Origin: Chloroflexota bacterium
GTDB lineage: Bacteria > Chloroflexota > Dormibacteria > Dormibacterales > Dormibacteraceae
Direction: 5' to 3'
DNA length: 64,000 nucleotides
Assembly: GCA_005880945.1 (NCBI GenBank)
Contig: VBIU01000082.1
Location: 1,505 to 65,504 of the forward strand
The notes under the pieces: model-generated
The model's database searches: none
Told to the model about the DNA's origin: nothing
Seen by the model: only the letters and a program-made list of their open reading frames with translations
Part shown: positions 40,942 through 49,146 of the stretch, piece by piece
How positions within the stretch are numbered: position 1 is the stretch's first letter
Layout: every line of letters begins with the position of its first letter
Position numbers and translations under genes: made by a program

Positions 40942-41379
40942 ATGGCAGTGCCGGCCCGAGTCAGTCTGGTCACGCTCGGAGTCAAAGACGTCGCTCGCAG
41001 CACACTTTTCTACATCGCTCTCGGCTGGCCCCTGTCATCAGCCTCGATTCCGGGTGAGGTGAGCTTTTTCAAGACGGCAGGTGGTTTGCTCGCTCTATGG
41101 CGTGAGGACGCTCTTGCTGAAGACGCAGGCGTGCCACCCGGGCCGACCAACGGCAATCGCGGCAGCGCGCTGGCGATCAACCTGGACAGCAGCGAGCAAG
41201 TCGACGCCGCCCTTGTCACAGCACTGACCGCCGGCGCGCAGATCCTCAAGCCTGGACACGCAACCGAGTGGGGCGGCTACAACGGCTACTTCGCGGATCC
41301 CGACGGCCATCTGTGGGAGGTCGCCCACAATCCTTTTTGGCCAATCGGCCCTGACGACCGGCCGACTCTTCCCGAGTAG
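40942..41379 (+). CDS. VOC-family (glyoxalase/bleomycin-resistance fold) protein
   Basis: ORF trimmed to ATG 40942. VSLVTLGVKDVARSTLFY.ALGW and GGYNGYFADPDGHLWEVAHNP are typical VOC motifs. Confidence 0.8.
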   Translation: MAVPARVSLVTLGVKDVARSTLFYIALGWPLSSASIPGEVSFFKTAGGLLALWREDALAEDAGVPPGPTNGNRGSALAINLDSSEQVDAALVTALTAGAQILKPGHATEWGGYNGYFADPDGHLWEVAHNPFWPIGPDDRPTLPE

Positions 41380-41515
41380 TCCCTCCCGGCCACGCTGAGG
41401 CGTAGCCGACCTCCCGCAAGCGGGAGGTAGTCCGGTCCGGCTGTTCGCCGGACCTTGCCAATCGGCCCTGACGACCGCCCGACTCTTCCCGACTAGTCCC
41501 GGACGACCGCCCGAC
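41340..41515. repeat. 44-bp direct repeat (41340-41383 and 41457-41500, 2 mismatches) plus a partial third copy (41502-41515), flanking two hairpins
   Basis: Copy 1 contains the last 12 codons plus the stop of the VOC gene. Hairpins lie at 41409-41428 (ACCTCCCGC/GCGGGAGGT) and 41434-41454 (GGTCCGGC/GCCGGACC). Confidence 0.8.
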
Positions 41516-41530
41516 GCTACCCGAATGGTC

Positions 41531-42289
41531 TCAAAGGGTCGGCGACGGCCAGGACGGGACGAGCTGTGAGATTCCAGCCGCCAGGATCGTGAGCTTGTTC
41601 GTCAGCAGCAGCAGGCCCATCACCAGCAGCACCGCGGCGGATGCGAGGTCGATCGCTCGCCGGTGCCGGTTGACCAGGCCCACCAGCGGTCGCGCGCTCT
41701 CGAGCGCGAAGGCGAGCGCGATGAACGGCAGGCCGAGCCCCAGGCAGTAAGCGACCATCAAGACGAGTCCCTGCCCGGTCGTGCCGGCGGACACCGCGGA
41801 GCTCAGGACGGCGCTCAAGGTCACGCCGATGCATGGGGTCCACCCGCTGGCGAACCCCATACCGAGCATGAACCCCCCGGCGACGCCGCCGCCGGACGGC
41901 GCCTTGTTGACGAGTCGGTATTCGCCGGAGAGAAACGGGATGCGGATCACGCCGGCCACGTGAAACGCCATCGCGATCACGAAGACGCCCGCCACCATCG
42001 GCACGTATCCACGAATGGGTTGAACCGCGATTGAGAAGACGTAGAAGAAAAGGATGAAGACAAGAGAAAGGCCGGCGACGAAGCCCACGCCCGCCGTCAC
42101 GACGGGCAGCGGCGATGGAGCAAGGTCTGCGGCCACGGCGCCCGGGCCGACCGCTGCAGACGGTTGCCCGGCGCGAGCCCCCAGGTACGCGAGATAGGCG
42201 GGTACCAGCGGCAGCACGCAGGGCGACACAAATGAGACAAGACCGGCAAGGAAAGCGATGGCGGGACTGATGCTGTCGAGGTTGGGCAT
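41531..42289 (-). CDS. ccdA: Cytochrome c biogenesis / thiol-disulfide transporter CcdA (DsbD-family membrane protein)
   Basis: FLAGLVSFVSPCVLPLVPAYLAYL and GFASGWTPCIG (two conserved Cys in TM helices). Confidence 0.85.
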   Translation of the reverse strand: MPNLDSISPAIAFLAGLVSFVSPCVLPLVPAYLAYLGARAGQPSAAVGPGAVAADLAPSPLPVVTAGVGFVAGLSLVFILFFYVFSIAVQPIRGYVPMVAGVFVIAMAFHVAGVIRIPFLSGEYRLVNKAPSGGGVAGGFMLGMGFASGWTPCIGVTLSAVLSSAVSAGTTGQGLVLMVAYCLGLGLPFIALAFALESARPLVGLVNRHRRAIDLASAAVLLVMGLLLLTNKLTILAAGISQLVPSWPSPTL

Positions 42290-42295
42290 GGCGGC

Positions 42296-43180
42296 CTATC
42301 GAGGTCGGACGGCGGATGCTTCCCGGGCCAGCTCCTCGATGGCGTCCAGCACCTCCGGCCAGACCCTTCTCGGCAGGTTGTGGCCCATCCCTTCGAATTC
42401 GAGTCGGCGTGATCCCGGCACCGCCGCCGCGACTCTGCGACCGTTCTCCACCGGGACCAGGACGTCTTCGAGGCCGTGTATCACCAGCGTCGGGGCCTTG
42501 ACCTCTCCCAACTTTTCCAGACGGCCTTGCGCTGCCAGGATCGCCACCAGCTGACGGCCGGTGCCGACCGGGTAGTACGAACGGTCATAAGCGCGCTCGA
42601 CGAACCGCGTCTCGGCTTCTTCGTCGAATGGATCGCCTTCACCCGCGAGCACTCTTCTTACCCAGAGCCCATGTTGAATTCGAGCTTCGCGGGTTGGCGG
42701 TGGGAGCTTCATGAGAATCTCAGCGCCTTCGGGCTTCGGCGGCACGGCGTCGCCACCTCCGGGGCCGGACATGATCGAGGTCAGTGTGAGGACGCGATCG
42801 GCGTGGTCGATCGCGACCAGCTGCGCGATGAAACCTCCCATCGAGGCGCCCACGATGTGCGCGCCAGGGATCCCCAGTGCGTCGAGCAGGCCGACTGCAT
42901 CGTTGGCGAGGTCGTCGAGGCGATAGGCAGGACTTGGGCTGCCGCCAAAAGCCGCGAGGAGATCCGGCTCGCCGGCCGACTCCATCTTCGTCGACAGCCC
43001 CGAATCACGATTGTCGTATCGAATGACAAAGAAGCCGCGTTCGGCGAGACGGGTGCAGAACTCTTCGTCCCAGCTGAGCATTTGAGCGCCCAGGCCCATG
43101 ATCAACAGCAGGGGCGCGGCGCCTGGATCGCCGAAGGTCTCGTACTCGATCTCGATCCCATTGGCGGCAACACGGGGCAC
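42296..43180 (-). CDS. Alpha/beta hydrolase
   Basis: LLLIMGLG, nucleophile elbow GASMGG and C-terminal ...GMGHN. Confidence 0.8.
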   Translation of the reverse strand: MPRVAANGIEIEYETFGDPGAAPLLLIMGLGAQMLSWDEEFCTRLAERGFFVIRYDNRDSGLSTKMESAGEPDLLAAFGGSPSPAYRLDDLANDAVGLLDALGIPGAHIVGASMGGFIAQLVAIDHADRVLTLTSIMSGPGGGDAVPPKPEGAEILMKLPPPTREARIQHGLWVRRVLAGEGDPFDEEAETRFVERAYDRSYYPVGTGRQLVAILAAQGRLEKLGEVKAPTLVIHGLEDVLVPVENGRRVAAAVPGSRRLEFEGMGHNLPRRVWPEVLDAIEELAREASAVRPR

Positions 43181-43224
43181 GGGGCCATCGTAGCGCCGCC
43201 GGCGAATCGCTACCCTTACCGGCC

Positions 43225-45045
43225 GTGAGTCGAGCTCTACCCAATCGCAGCGAGGTGGACAAGAGATTCACATGGAACGGAGAGAGCGTTTTCGCTGACG
43301 GGGCCGCGTGGGAAGCCGCCGTCGACTCGGTCGTCGCCAGGCTTCCGGACTTGGCCGAGTTCAAGGGTCACCTGCGCGAATCACCGGACACGCTCGCCGA
43401 CTGGTTCGACGCCGCCGAGGGCGCCCAGCGGTTGATGGGCATGGTCAGTGTGTACGCGACCATGTCCTACTCGGTCGATGCCGGCGACCAGGCCGCGGGC
43501 GCTCGCGTCGACCGCGCGCGCACTGCCAGCGCGCAGTTGGGCGCGACGATGGCATTTGCGATTCCCGAGATGATCTCGATCGGTTTCCCCAAGCTGCGCG
43601 AGTGGGTGTCCAGCTCGATGCGCCTCGCCCACCTCGGCCACTACGTCGATCGCCTGGAGAAGATGCAAAGCCACGTACGCAGCCCCGAGGTCGAAGCGCT
43701 GCTGACCCAGGCGTCCGACCCCCTCTCAACCGCACTATCGGTCCACGGCGTGCTCGCCAACACCGACCTGAGATTCGCACCCGCATCAGGCGCGGGCGGC
43801 GAGGAAGAGGTGGCCCAGGGCACCATCGGGGCGCTGCTCACGAGCCCCGACCGGGACCTCCGGCGCACCGCCTTCGAGAGCTACGCGGACGCTCATCTGG
43901 CGATGCAGCATGCCATGGCGGCAAACCTCGCAGCCGGCGTCAAGCGAGATGTCTTCTACTCCCGCGCCCGCGGATATTCGACATCGCTGGAAGGAGCGCT
44001 CCAGCCCAACCACATCCCGGTCGCCGTTTTCGAAAACGTCATTCGCGCCTTCCGCGACAACCTCGGAACCTGGCATCGCTACTGGCGAGTTCGGCGCAAG
44101 GCACTGGGGCTTGAGATCCTGAAGCCATACGACACGCGCGCGCAGCTCGGAGCGTCGAAGTTGACGGTCCCATTCGAGCAATCCGTTAAATGGATCGCGG
44201 AGGGAGTGAAGCCCCTCGGCGAGGAATACGTCGCAGTCATGCTCAAAGGCGCGCTCGAGGAACGTTGGGTGGACGTATATCCCAACAAGGGCAAGCGGAT
44301 GGGCGCCTTCTCGTCCGGAGTGCCGGGCACTTTCCCGTTCATCCTCATGAGCTACAACGACGACATCTACTCCATGAGCACGCTCGCCCACGAGCTCGGC
44401 CATTCGATGCATTCGTACTACACCCGCAAGACTCAACCGTATGTCTACTCCGGGTACGGGCTGTTCCAGGCCGAGGTGGCTTCCAACATGCACCAGGCGC
44501 TGACCCGAAGGCACCTGCTCTCCACCAACCCCGATCCGGAGTTTCAGATCGCGGTGATCGAAGAAGCGATGGCCAACTTCTATCGCTACTTCTTCATCAT
44601 GCCGTCGCTGGCCCGATTCGAGCTCGAGATACACGAACGCGTCGAGCGTGGTGCGGCCCTGACGGTCGACTACCTCAACGAGCTCATGGCCGACCTTATC
44701 GCCGAGGTGCATGGCTCCGAGGTGGAGGTGTCAGAGCGCGACCGAGAGCGCCTCGGTTCTACGTGGGCGCAGTTTCACACGCACCTCTACAGCAACTTCT
44801 ACGTCTACCAGTACGCGACCGGGATCGCAGGTGCCAACCACCTGGCCAAGCGGGTCGCGGACGGCGACCCCGATGCGATCGCCGCCTACCTCACATTCCT
44901 GAAGGGAGGCGGCTCCATGTACCCGCTGGAGGGCCTCAAGCTCGCCGGCGTCGACATGACGTCGCCCGAGCCTGTCGCGTCTGCCTTCGCCGAGCTGGCG
45001 GGAATGGTCACCCGGCTCGAGGAGCTGGTCGCGGGCAGAAACTGA
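43225..45045 (+). CDS. pepF: Oligoendopeptidase F (M3B family)
   Basis: HELGHSMHSYY zinc motif, M3 length and architecture. GTG start. Confidence 0.85.
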   Translation: MSRALPNRSEVDKRFTWNGESVFADGAAWEAAVDSVVARLPDLAEFKGHLRESPDTLADWFDAAEGAQRLMGMVSVYATMSYSVDAGDQAAGARVDRARTASAQLGATMAFAIPEMISIGFPKLREWVSSSMRLAHLGHYVDRLEKMQSHVRSPEVEALLTQASDPLSTALSVHGVLANTDLRFAPASGAGGEEEVAQGTIGALLTSPDRDLRRTAFESYADAHLAMQHAMAANLAAGVKRDVFYSRARGYSTSLEGALQPNHIPVAVFENVIRAFRDNLGTWHRYWRVRRKALGLEILKPYDTRAQLGASKLTVPFEQSVKWIAEGVKPLGEEYVAVMLKGALEERWVDVYPNKGKRMGAFSSGVPGTFPFILMSYNDDIYSMSTLAHELGHSMHSYYTRKTQPYVYSGYGLFQAEVASNMHQALTRRHLLSTNPDPEFQIAVIEEAMANFYRYFFIMPSLARFELEIHERVERGAALTVDYLNELMADLIAEVHGSEVEVSERDRERLGSTWAQFHTHLYSNFYVYQYATGIAGANHLAKRVADGDPDAIAAYLTFLKGGGSMYPLEGLKLAGVDMTSPEPVASAFAELAGMVTRLEELVAGRN

Positions 45046-45049
45046 CGGA

Positions 45050-45475
45050 GTGGCGGCGATTCCCGACACCAATCGAACCCAGCGGCTGGTTCTCGCCTTT
45101 TTCGCCGTGGTCTGGATCGCATTGGCGGTCATCCTTGTGGCGGCACCCGAGATCTACGACGCCCCACTGGGTCTCGGGCCCGGCGCTCACCGGCTGTCAG
45201 ACCTCGCGTTTCTGATCCTGATCTCAGCGCTCATCGCGATCGTGGCGATTGGCGTGCTGAGGAGGTGGCGATGGGCCTTCTGGCTCGTCGTGGTCGCGTT
45301 CATGGCCGGCATCCTCCGGTTGCTCGCCTCTGCCTTGCAGCTCACGAACATCTTGCCTGGCGGAGGTCCCGCTTGGTATGTCGCGCTGCAAGCCGCGATC
45401 GGAACCGCTCAGTTCTTGATCGCACTGGCGATGATCGCCGGCTACCGGAAAGCCGGAGTCTGGGGAGCCTTTTGA
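45050..45475 (+). CDS. Hypothetical 4-TM membrane protein
   Basis: 141 aa, hydrophobic helices, 5 nt after pepF. No recognised family. Confidence 0.5.
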   Translation: MAAIPDTNRTQRLVLAFFAVVWIALAVILVAAPEIYDAPLGLGPGAHRLSDLAFLILISALIAIVAIGVLRRWRWAFWLVVVAFMAGILRLLASALQLTNILPGGGPAWYVALQAAIGTAQFLIALAMIAGYRKAGVWGAF

Positions 45476-45594
45476 GACAGAGCAGCTTCATCCGCTCAAG
45501 CTGCGCTGGGTTGCGCCTGCAAGGGTCCGCAGCCGCCCATTTCTCACGACAAGGGATAAGCTGAGAGCGAAGTCGGGCCAGCGGAGGTAGCGAG

Positions 45595-46056
45595 GTGGCG
45601 AGACACTCAGCGGCGATAACCCGGGCACTTGACAAGATCGAGCGATTGGACCTGAAGCAGATCGTGGCCAGGACCGCAGAGGAGTACGGCTGGACGGATT
45701 ACCAGACCGACGAAGCCGAGGACTGGTACAAGAATTTCCTGAAGCTCTGCTACCTCAACCGCCGCCAGCCGGTGGCGGCCCTGGGCAAGGACGCGGACAT
45801 CCTGTGGCATCAGCACATCCTCAATACCGTCCGCTACCAGAAGGACTGCAGGGCCATCTTCGGCCACTATCTCAACCACGACCCGATCGACGGAAAGCCT
45901 TCAGCGGCTGAAGAGAAAGCGCTCGAGCGGACCAAGAAGCAGTACTTGAAGGAATTCGGCGCGCTTCCTGACGACGTCTCCTTTCGATGTCTGAAAATTC
46001 CAATTCCGCCGATCCCGCCGCCACCTCACGGAGGCACTGAGCGGGTCACGCGCTAG
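45595..46056 (+). CDS. Hypothetical protein, GRDP-like (glycine-rich domain-containing protein-like, DUF1399-type motif)
   Basis: DILWHQHILNTVRYQKDCRAIFGHYLNHDP resembles the WHxHxL...Y..DC motif. Proline-rich tail. Lower GC. GTG start. Confidence 0.45.
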   Translation: MARHSAAITRALDKIERLDLKQIVARTAEEYGWTDYQTDEAEDWYKNFLKLCYLNRRQPVAALGKDADILWHQHILNTVRYQKDCRAIFGHYLNHDPIDGKPSAAEEKALERTKKQYLKEFGALPDDVSFRCLKIPIPPIPPPPHGGTERVTR

Positions 46057-48628
46057 GCGCTTCCTCGCCGAGGGCATAGGCAACCGCCGCTTGCAGGCTC
46101 ATGCGGCCGCCACGTGCCAGCATGGTTCGGGCGCGGCTGCTTCGGCGCGCGGGACCCATTCGCTCCCTGAGCATGCGCTGCAGCCGTGAGCCAGGCGGCG
46201 ATCCGATGCGCCGGCGCAGGGCCCGTGCCGCTCCAGCCAGCCGCATCGCCCTTTCATCCTCGCCGCCGGCGGCCGCGGTCAGGGCGAATCCATCGAGGAT
46301 CATCGCGACCTGCCGTGGGCTCACCTGCTCTCGCCAACCAGACAGGGCGCGCGCGAGCCGCGTGCGCGCGACCGCCACCTCCCCGCGCCCGGCCGCGATA
46401 TAGCCGAGGACCGCCATCGACACAGCCACCAGCTCCGCATCACCGATCTGTTCCGCCAGTCCGCTTGCCGCTTCGACGTTGCGCTTGGCGTCAATCTCGG
46501 CGCCTTCCAGCATGTCGATGACGCCGAGGCGAAACATGCAGGTGGCATGAAGCTTCCCCTCCCCAAGCTCCTGCGCAGCGGTTAAGGCTGCGACGGCAAA
46601 CTGCCGCGCGGCTTTGAAGTCCTCCCGCTGGGAGCTGACCTGGGCCAGCTGCTCGAGGGACCATCCCACTCCCGATCGATCTCCGAGGACCCTGCATATC
46701 TCGAGGCTCTCCCTGCACAAAGCCGCTGCCTCGTCGAAATCGCTCTGCGCCCAGGCCATCAACGCCAGTCCACGCAGCGCGGCCGCTCGGACGCTCGACT
46801 GCTCCGGTGCCGCCGCAAGTGCTTCGGCCAGGCCCAACCTGGCCTCGCCGTAGCGGCTCTGCGTGCCCCAGTATTCGACCAGCGCGACGGCAAGTCGCAG
46901 CCGGCCCTCGCCAGCCAGGCCTGTACCGCTCAGGGCGGCGCGGAAGTTGTCGTTGTCCGCATCCATCCGCTGAAGCCAGCTCGGTCCATCGGGTCCGCGC
47001 AAGTGAGGCCCCGCGGTTTCCGCCAGCGCGAGGAAATGAGCCGCGTGACGCTCACGAGTGGCCTTCTCATCCAGTGTCGCAAGGCGCTCCAACCCATACT
47101 CCCGAAGCGTCTCCAGCAGGACGTGGCGTGTCCGCCCCTCGTGTCCCGGCCGCACGGTGACCAACGACTTATCGACGAGTCGCCACACCGTTTCGGCCAC
47201 CTCAGCTCGAGCAACACCGTCCCCGGCGCAGACAGCCTCTGCAGATTCGAGAGCGAAGCCGCCGACGAAGACAGCGAGCCGTGCGAAGACGACGCGCTCG
47301 CGCGTCGTGAGCAGCTCGTGGCTCCAGTCAATGGCGGAACGCAGAGTTCGATGACGGACGTCCCTGCCTCGGCGCCCAGACCCCAGCAGCGCGAACCTGT
47401 CACCCAGGCGCCCCACTATCTCGCGGGGTGACATCGCCGCAGTCCGCGCGGCGGCGAGCTCTATGGCCAGGGGAAGTCCGTCGAGCCGCTCGCAGATCTC
47501 TGTCACAGCCGTTCTGTCGTCCTCGCTCACTATCGAATCGGGACGCCGCATGCGCGCCCGGTCGTTGAAGAGCCGCACGGCCTCAGAAGCCGCAGGCAGC
47601 GGCGCGACCGGCCAGGTCGCCTCGCCGGGCACTCCGAGCGCCTCACCGCTCGTGGCCAGGATGCTCAAGTTGGGACTGGCCTCGAGCAGGTCTTCGCAGA
47701 GGCCGGCCACCGACTCGATAAGGTGCTCACAGCTGTCGAGCAACAGGATCAGCCGCGCGCCCGCAAGCCAATCTGCGATCGCGCGCGCATCGATAACGCG
47801 TGATTCGTCTCGCAGCCCGAGAGCGTTGGCGACCGTGGAGGCGACCAGGGCCGGGTCGGCGAGCGATGCCAGCTCGGCAAGCGCTACAGGGGTGCGGCCG
47901 GAGACTTCTTCGGCGACACGCAGGCTCATCCGCGTTTTGCCAACCCCGGATGGACCCACCAACGTGACGAGTCGGTGCTGCCTGATGAGCTTCTTCACCT
48001 CGCCAACGTCGATGTCTCGATCTACGAAGCTCGTCACTGGAAGGGGCAGGCTGTGCCGGCGAACCGCTTCCGATTTGAGCCGCGGAAATTCGTTCTCGAG
48101 GTCGGGATGAGACAGCTGATGGACGTGCTCTCGCTTGTCGAGGTCCCGAAGCCGGTGCCACCCCATGTCGACAAGGCTTGCTCGCGCCGGGAGACGGCGC
48201 CGGGCCAGATCGGCGCTGGCGGCGGTCAGCAATGTCTGGCCTCCGTAGCCGATGGCCATCAGCCGCGCGCAGCGATACAGAGGCTGACCGTAGTAATGGC
48301 CACCACGCAGCTCGGCCTCGCCCGTGTTGATGGCCACCCGGATCCTCAGATGGGCGCCCTTGGGCCAGGACTGGACCGCGAAGGTTCGCTGAACCGCTAG
48401 GGCGCAGCGGACCGCACGCCCGGCGCTGCGGAAGGCGGCCAGCACGCTGTCGCCCTCGCGGCCGGACTCGACGAGGAAGCCGTCGCTTCGGCCAATCTCG
48501 AGCGTGAGGATCCGATCGTGCTCGAGCATCGCCTGTCGCATCGCCTCGGGATTGGTCTCCCACTTGCGCGTCGAGTCCTCGACGTCCGTCAGCATGAACG
48601 TGACGACCCCAGCGGGAAGCTCATTCAT
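46046..48628 (-). CDS. Class III adenylate/guanylate cyclase domain - STAND/AAA ATPase - TPR multidomain protein
   Basis: ORF trimmed to ATG 48628. Cyclase core VTFMLTDVEDST...GDSVLAAF...IRVAINTGEAE, P-loop GPSGVGKTR and C-terminal TPR-like helices. Confidence 0.8.
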   Translation of the reverse strand: MNELPAGVVTFMLTDVEDSTRKWETNPEAMRQAMLEHDRILTLEIGRSDGFLVESGREGDSVLAAFRSAGRAVRCALAVQRTFAVQSWPKGAHLRIRVAINTGEAELRGGHYYGQPLYRCARLMAIGYGGQTLLTAASADLARRRLPARASLVDMGWHRLRDLDKREHVHQLSHPDLENEFPRLKSEAVRRHSLPLPVTSFVDRDIDVGEVKKLIRQHRLVTLVGPSGVGKTRMSLRVAEEVSGRTPVALAELASLADPALVASTVANALGLRDESRVIDARAIADWLAGARLILLLDSCEHLIESVAGLCEDLLEASPNLSILATSGEALGVPGEATWPVAPLPAASEAVRLFNDRARMRRPDSIVSEDDRTAVTEICERLDGLPLAIELAAARTAAMSPREIVGRLGDRFALLGSGRRGRDVRHRTLRSAIDWSHELLTTRERVVFARLAVFVGGFALESAEAVCAGDGVARAEVAETVWRLVDKSLVTVRPGHEGRTRHVLLETLREYGLERLATLDEKATRERHAAHFLALAETAGPHLRGPDGPSWLQRMDADNDNFRAALSGTGLAGEGRLRLAVALVEYWGTQSRYGEARLGLAEALAAAPEQSSVRAAALRGLALMAWAQSDFDEAAALCRESLEICRVLGDRSGVGWSLEQLAQVSSQREDFKAARQFAVAALTAAQELGEGKLHATCMFRLGVIDMLEGAEIDAKRNVEAASGLAEQIGDAELVAVSMAVLGYIAAGRGEVAVARTRLARALSGWREQVSPRQVAMILDGFALTAAAGGEDERAMRLAGAARALRRRIGSPPGSRLQRMLRERMGPARRSSRARTMLARGGRMSLQAAVAYALGEEAPSA

Positions 48629-48635
48629 GGGCGAG

Positions 48636-49124
48636 TTATTTTGGGCGCCTCCCGGTTTTCCCGGCGCGCGCTCGAGCGGCCGGACTATCACCGTCGAGCT
48701 TCATCCGGTAGAGGTTGCTCTCCCGCAGCTCGAAGCCCAGCCGAGGATAGAGCCGGTTTGCCGCTTCTCGCCGCCGTGCCGACTGCAGCTCGACGAGCTG
48801 GGCGCCGCGCTGCCGCGCCACGTTGATGCATTCCCTTATCAGCGCCTCACCGACGCCCCGTCCGCGCGCTCTCTCGTCGACGACGACATCCTCGATACGA
48901 GCCTTCACCCAGGCGGGGGTCGTGTAGACGATCACGGTCGCGGTCGCGACGATGGCGCCATTCTCGCTCGCGACGAGAAGCGTGGTCGCGGGATCGGAAA
49001 GAACGGCGGCCAGCTCAGGCTGTGTTGGCGCGACCAGTGTGGCGTTCAGCTGCGGCAGCAACGACGCCAGCGCCCGCGCCAGCTCCGGCGTCGCCTGGGT
49101 CGCCGCCTCGATTTTGAGAACCAC
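48636..49124 (-). CDS. GNAT family N-acetyltransferase
   Basis: IEDVVVDERARGRGVGEALI...A...GA..V.L......A..LY.RLGF acetyl-CoA-binding motif. The start (GTG 49124) is uncertain; the track ORF extends to 49268. Confidence 0.7.
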   Translation of the reverse strand: MVLKIEAATQATPELARALASLLPQLNATLVAPTQPELAAVLSDPATTLLVASENGAIVATATVIVYTTPAWVKARIEDVVVDERARGRGVGEALIRECINVARQRGAQLVELQSARRREAANRLYPRLGFELRESNLYRMKLDGDSPAARARAGKTGRRPK

Positions 49125-49146
49125 CGCCCAGAAGGCTAAACCCCCG

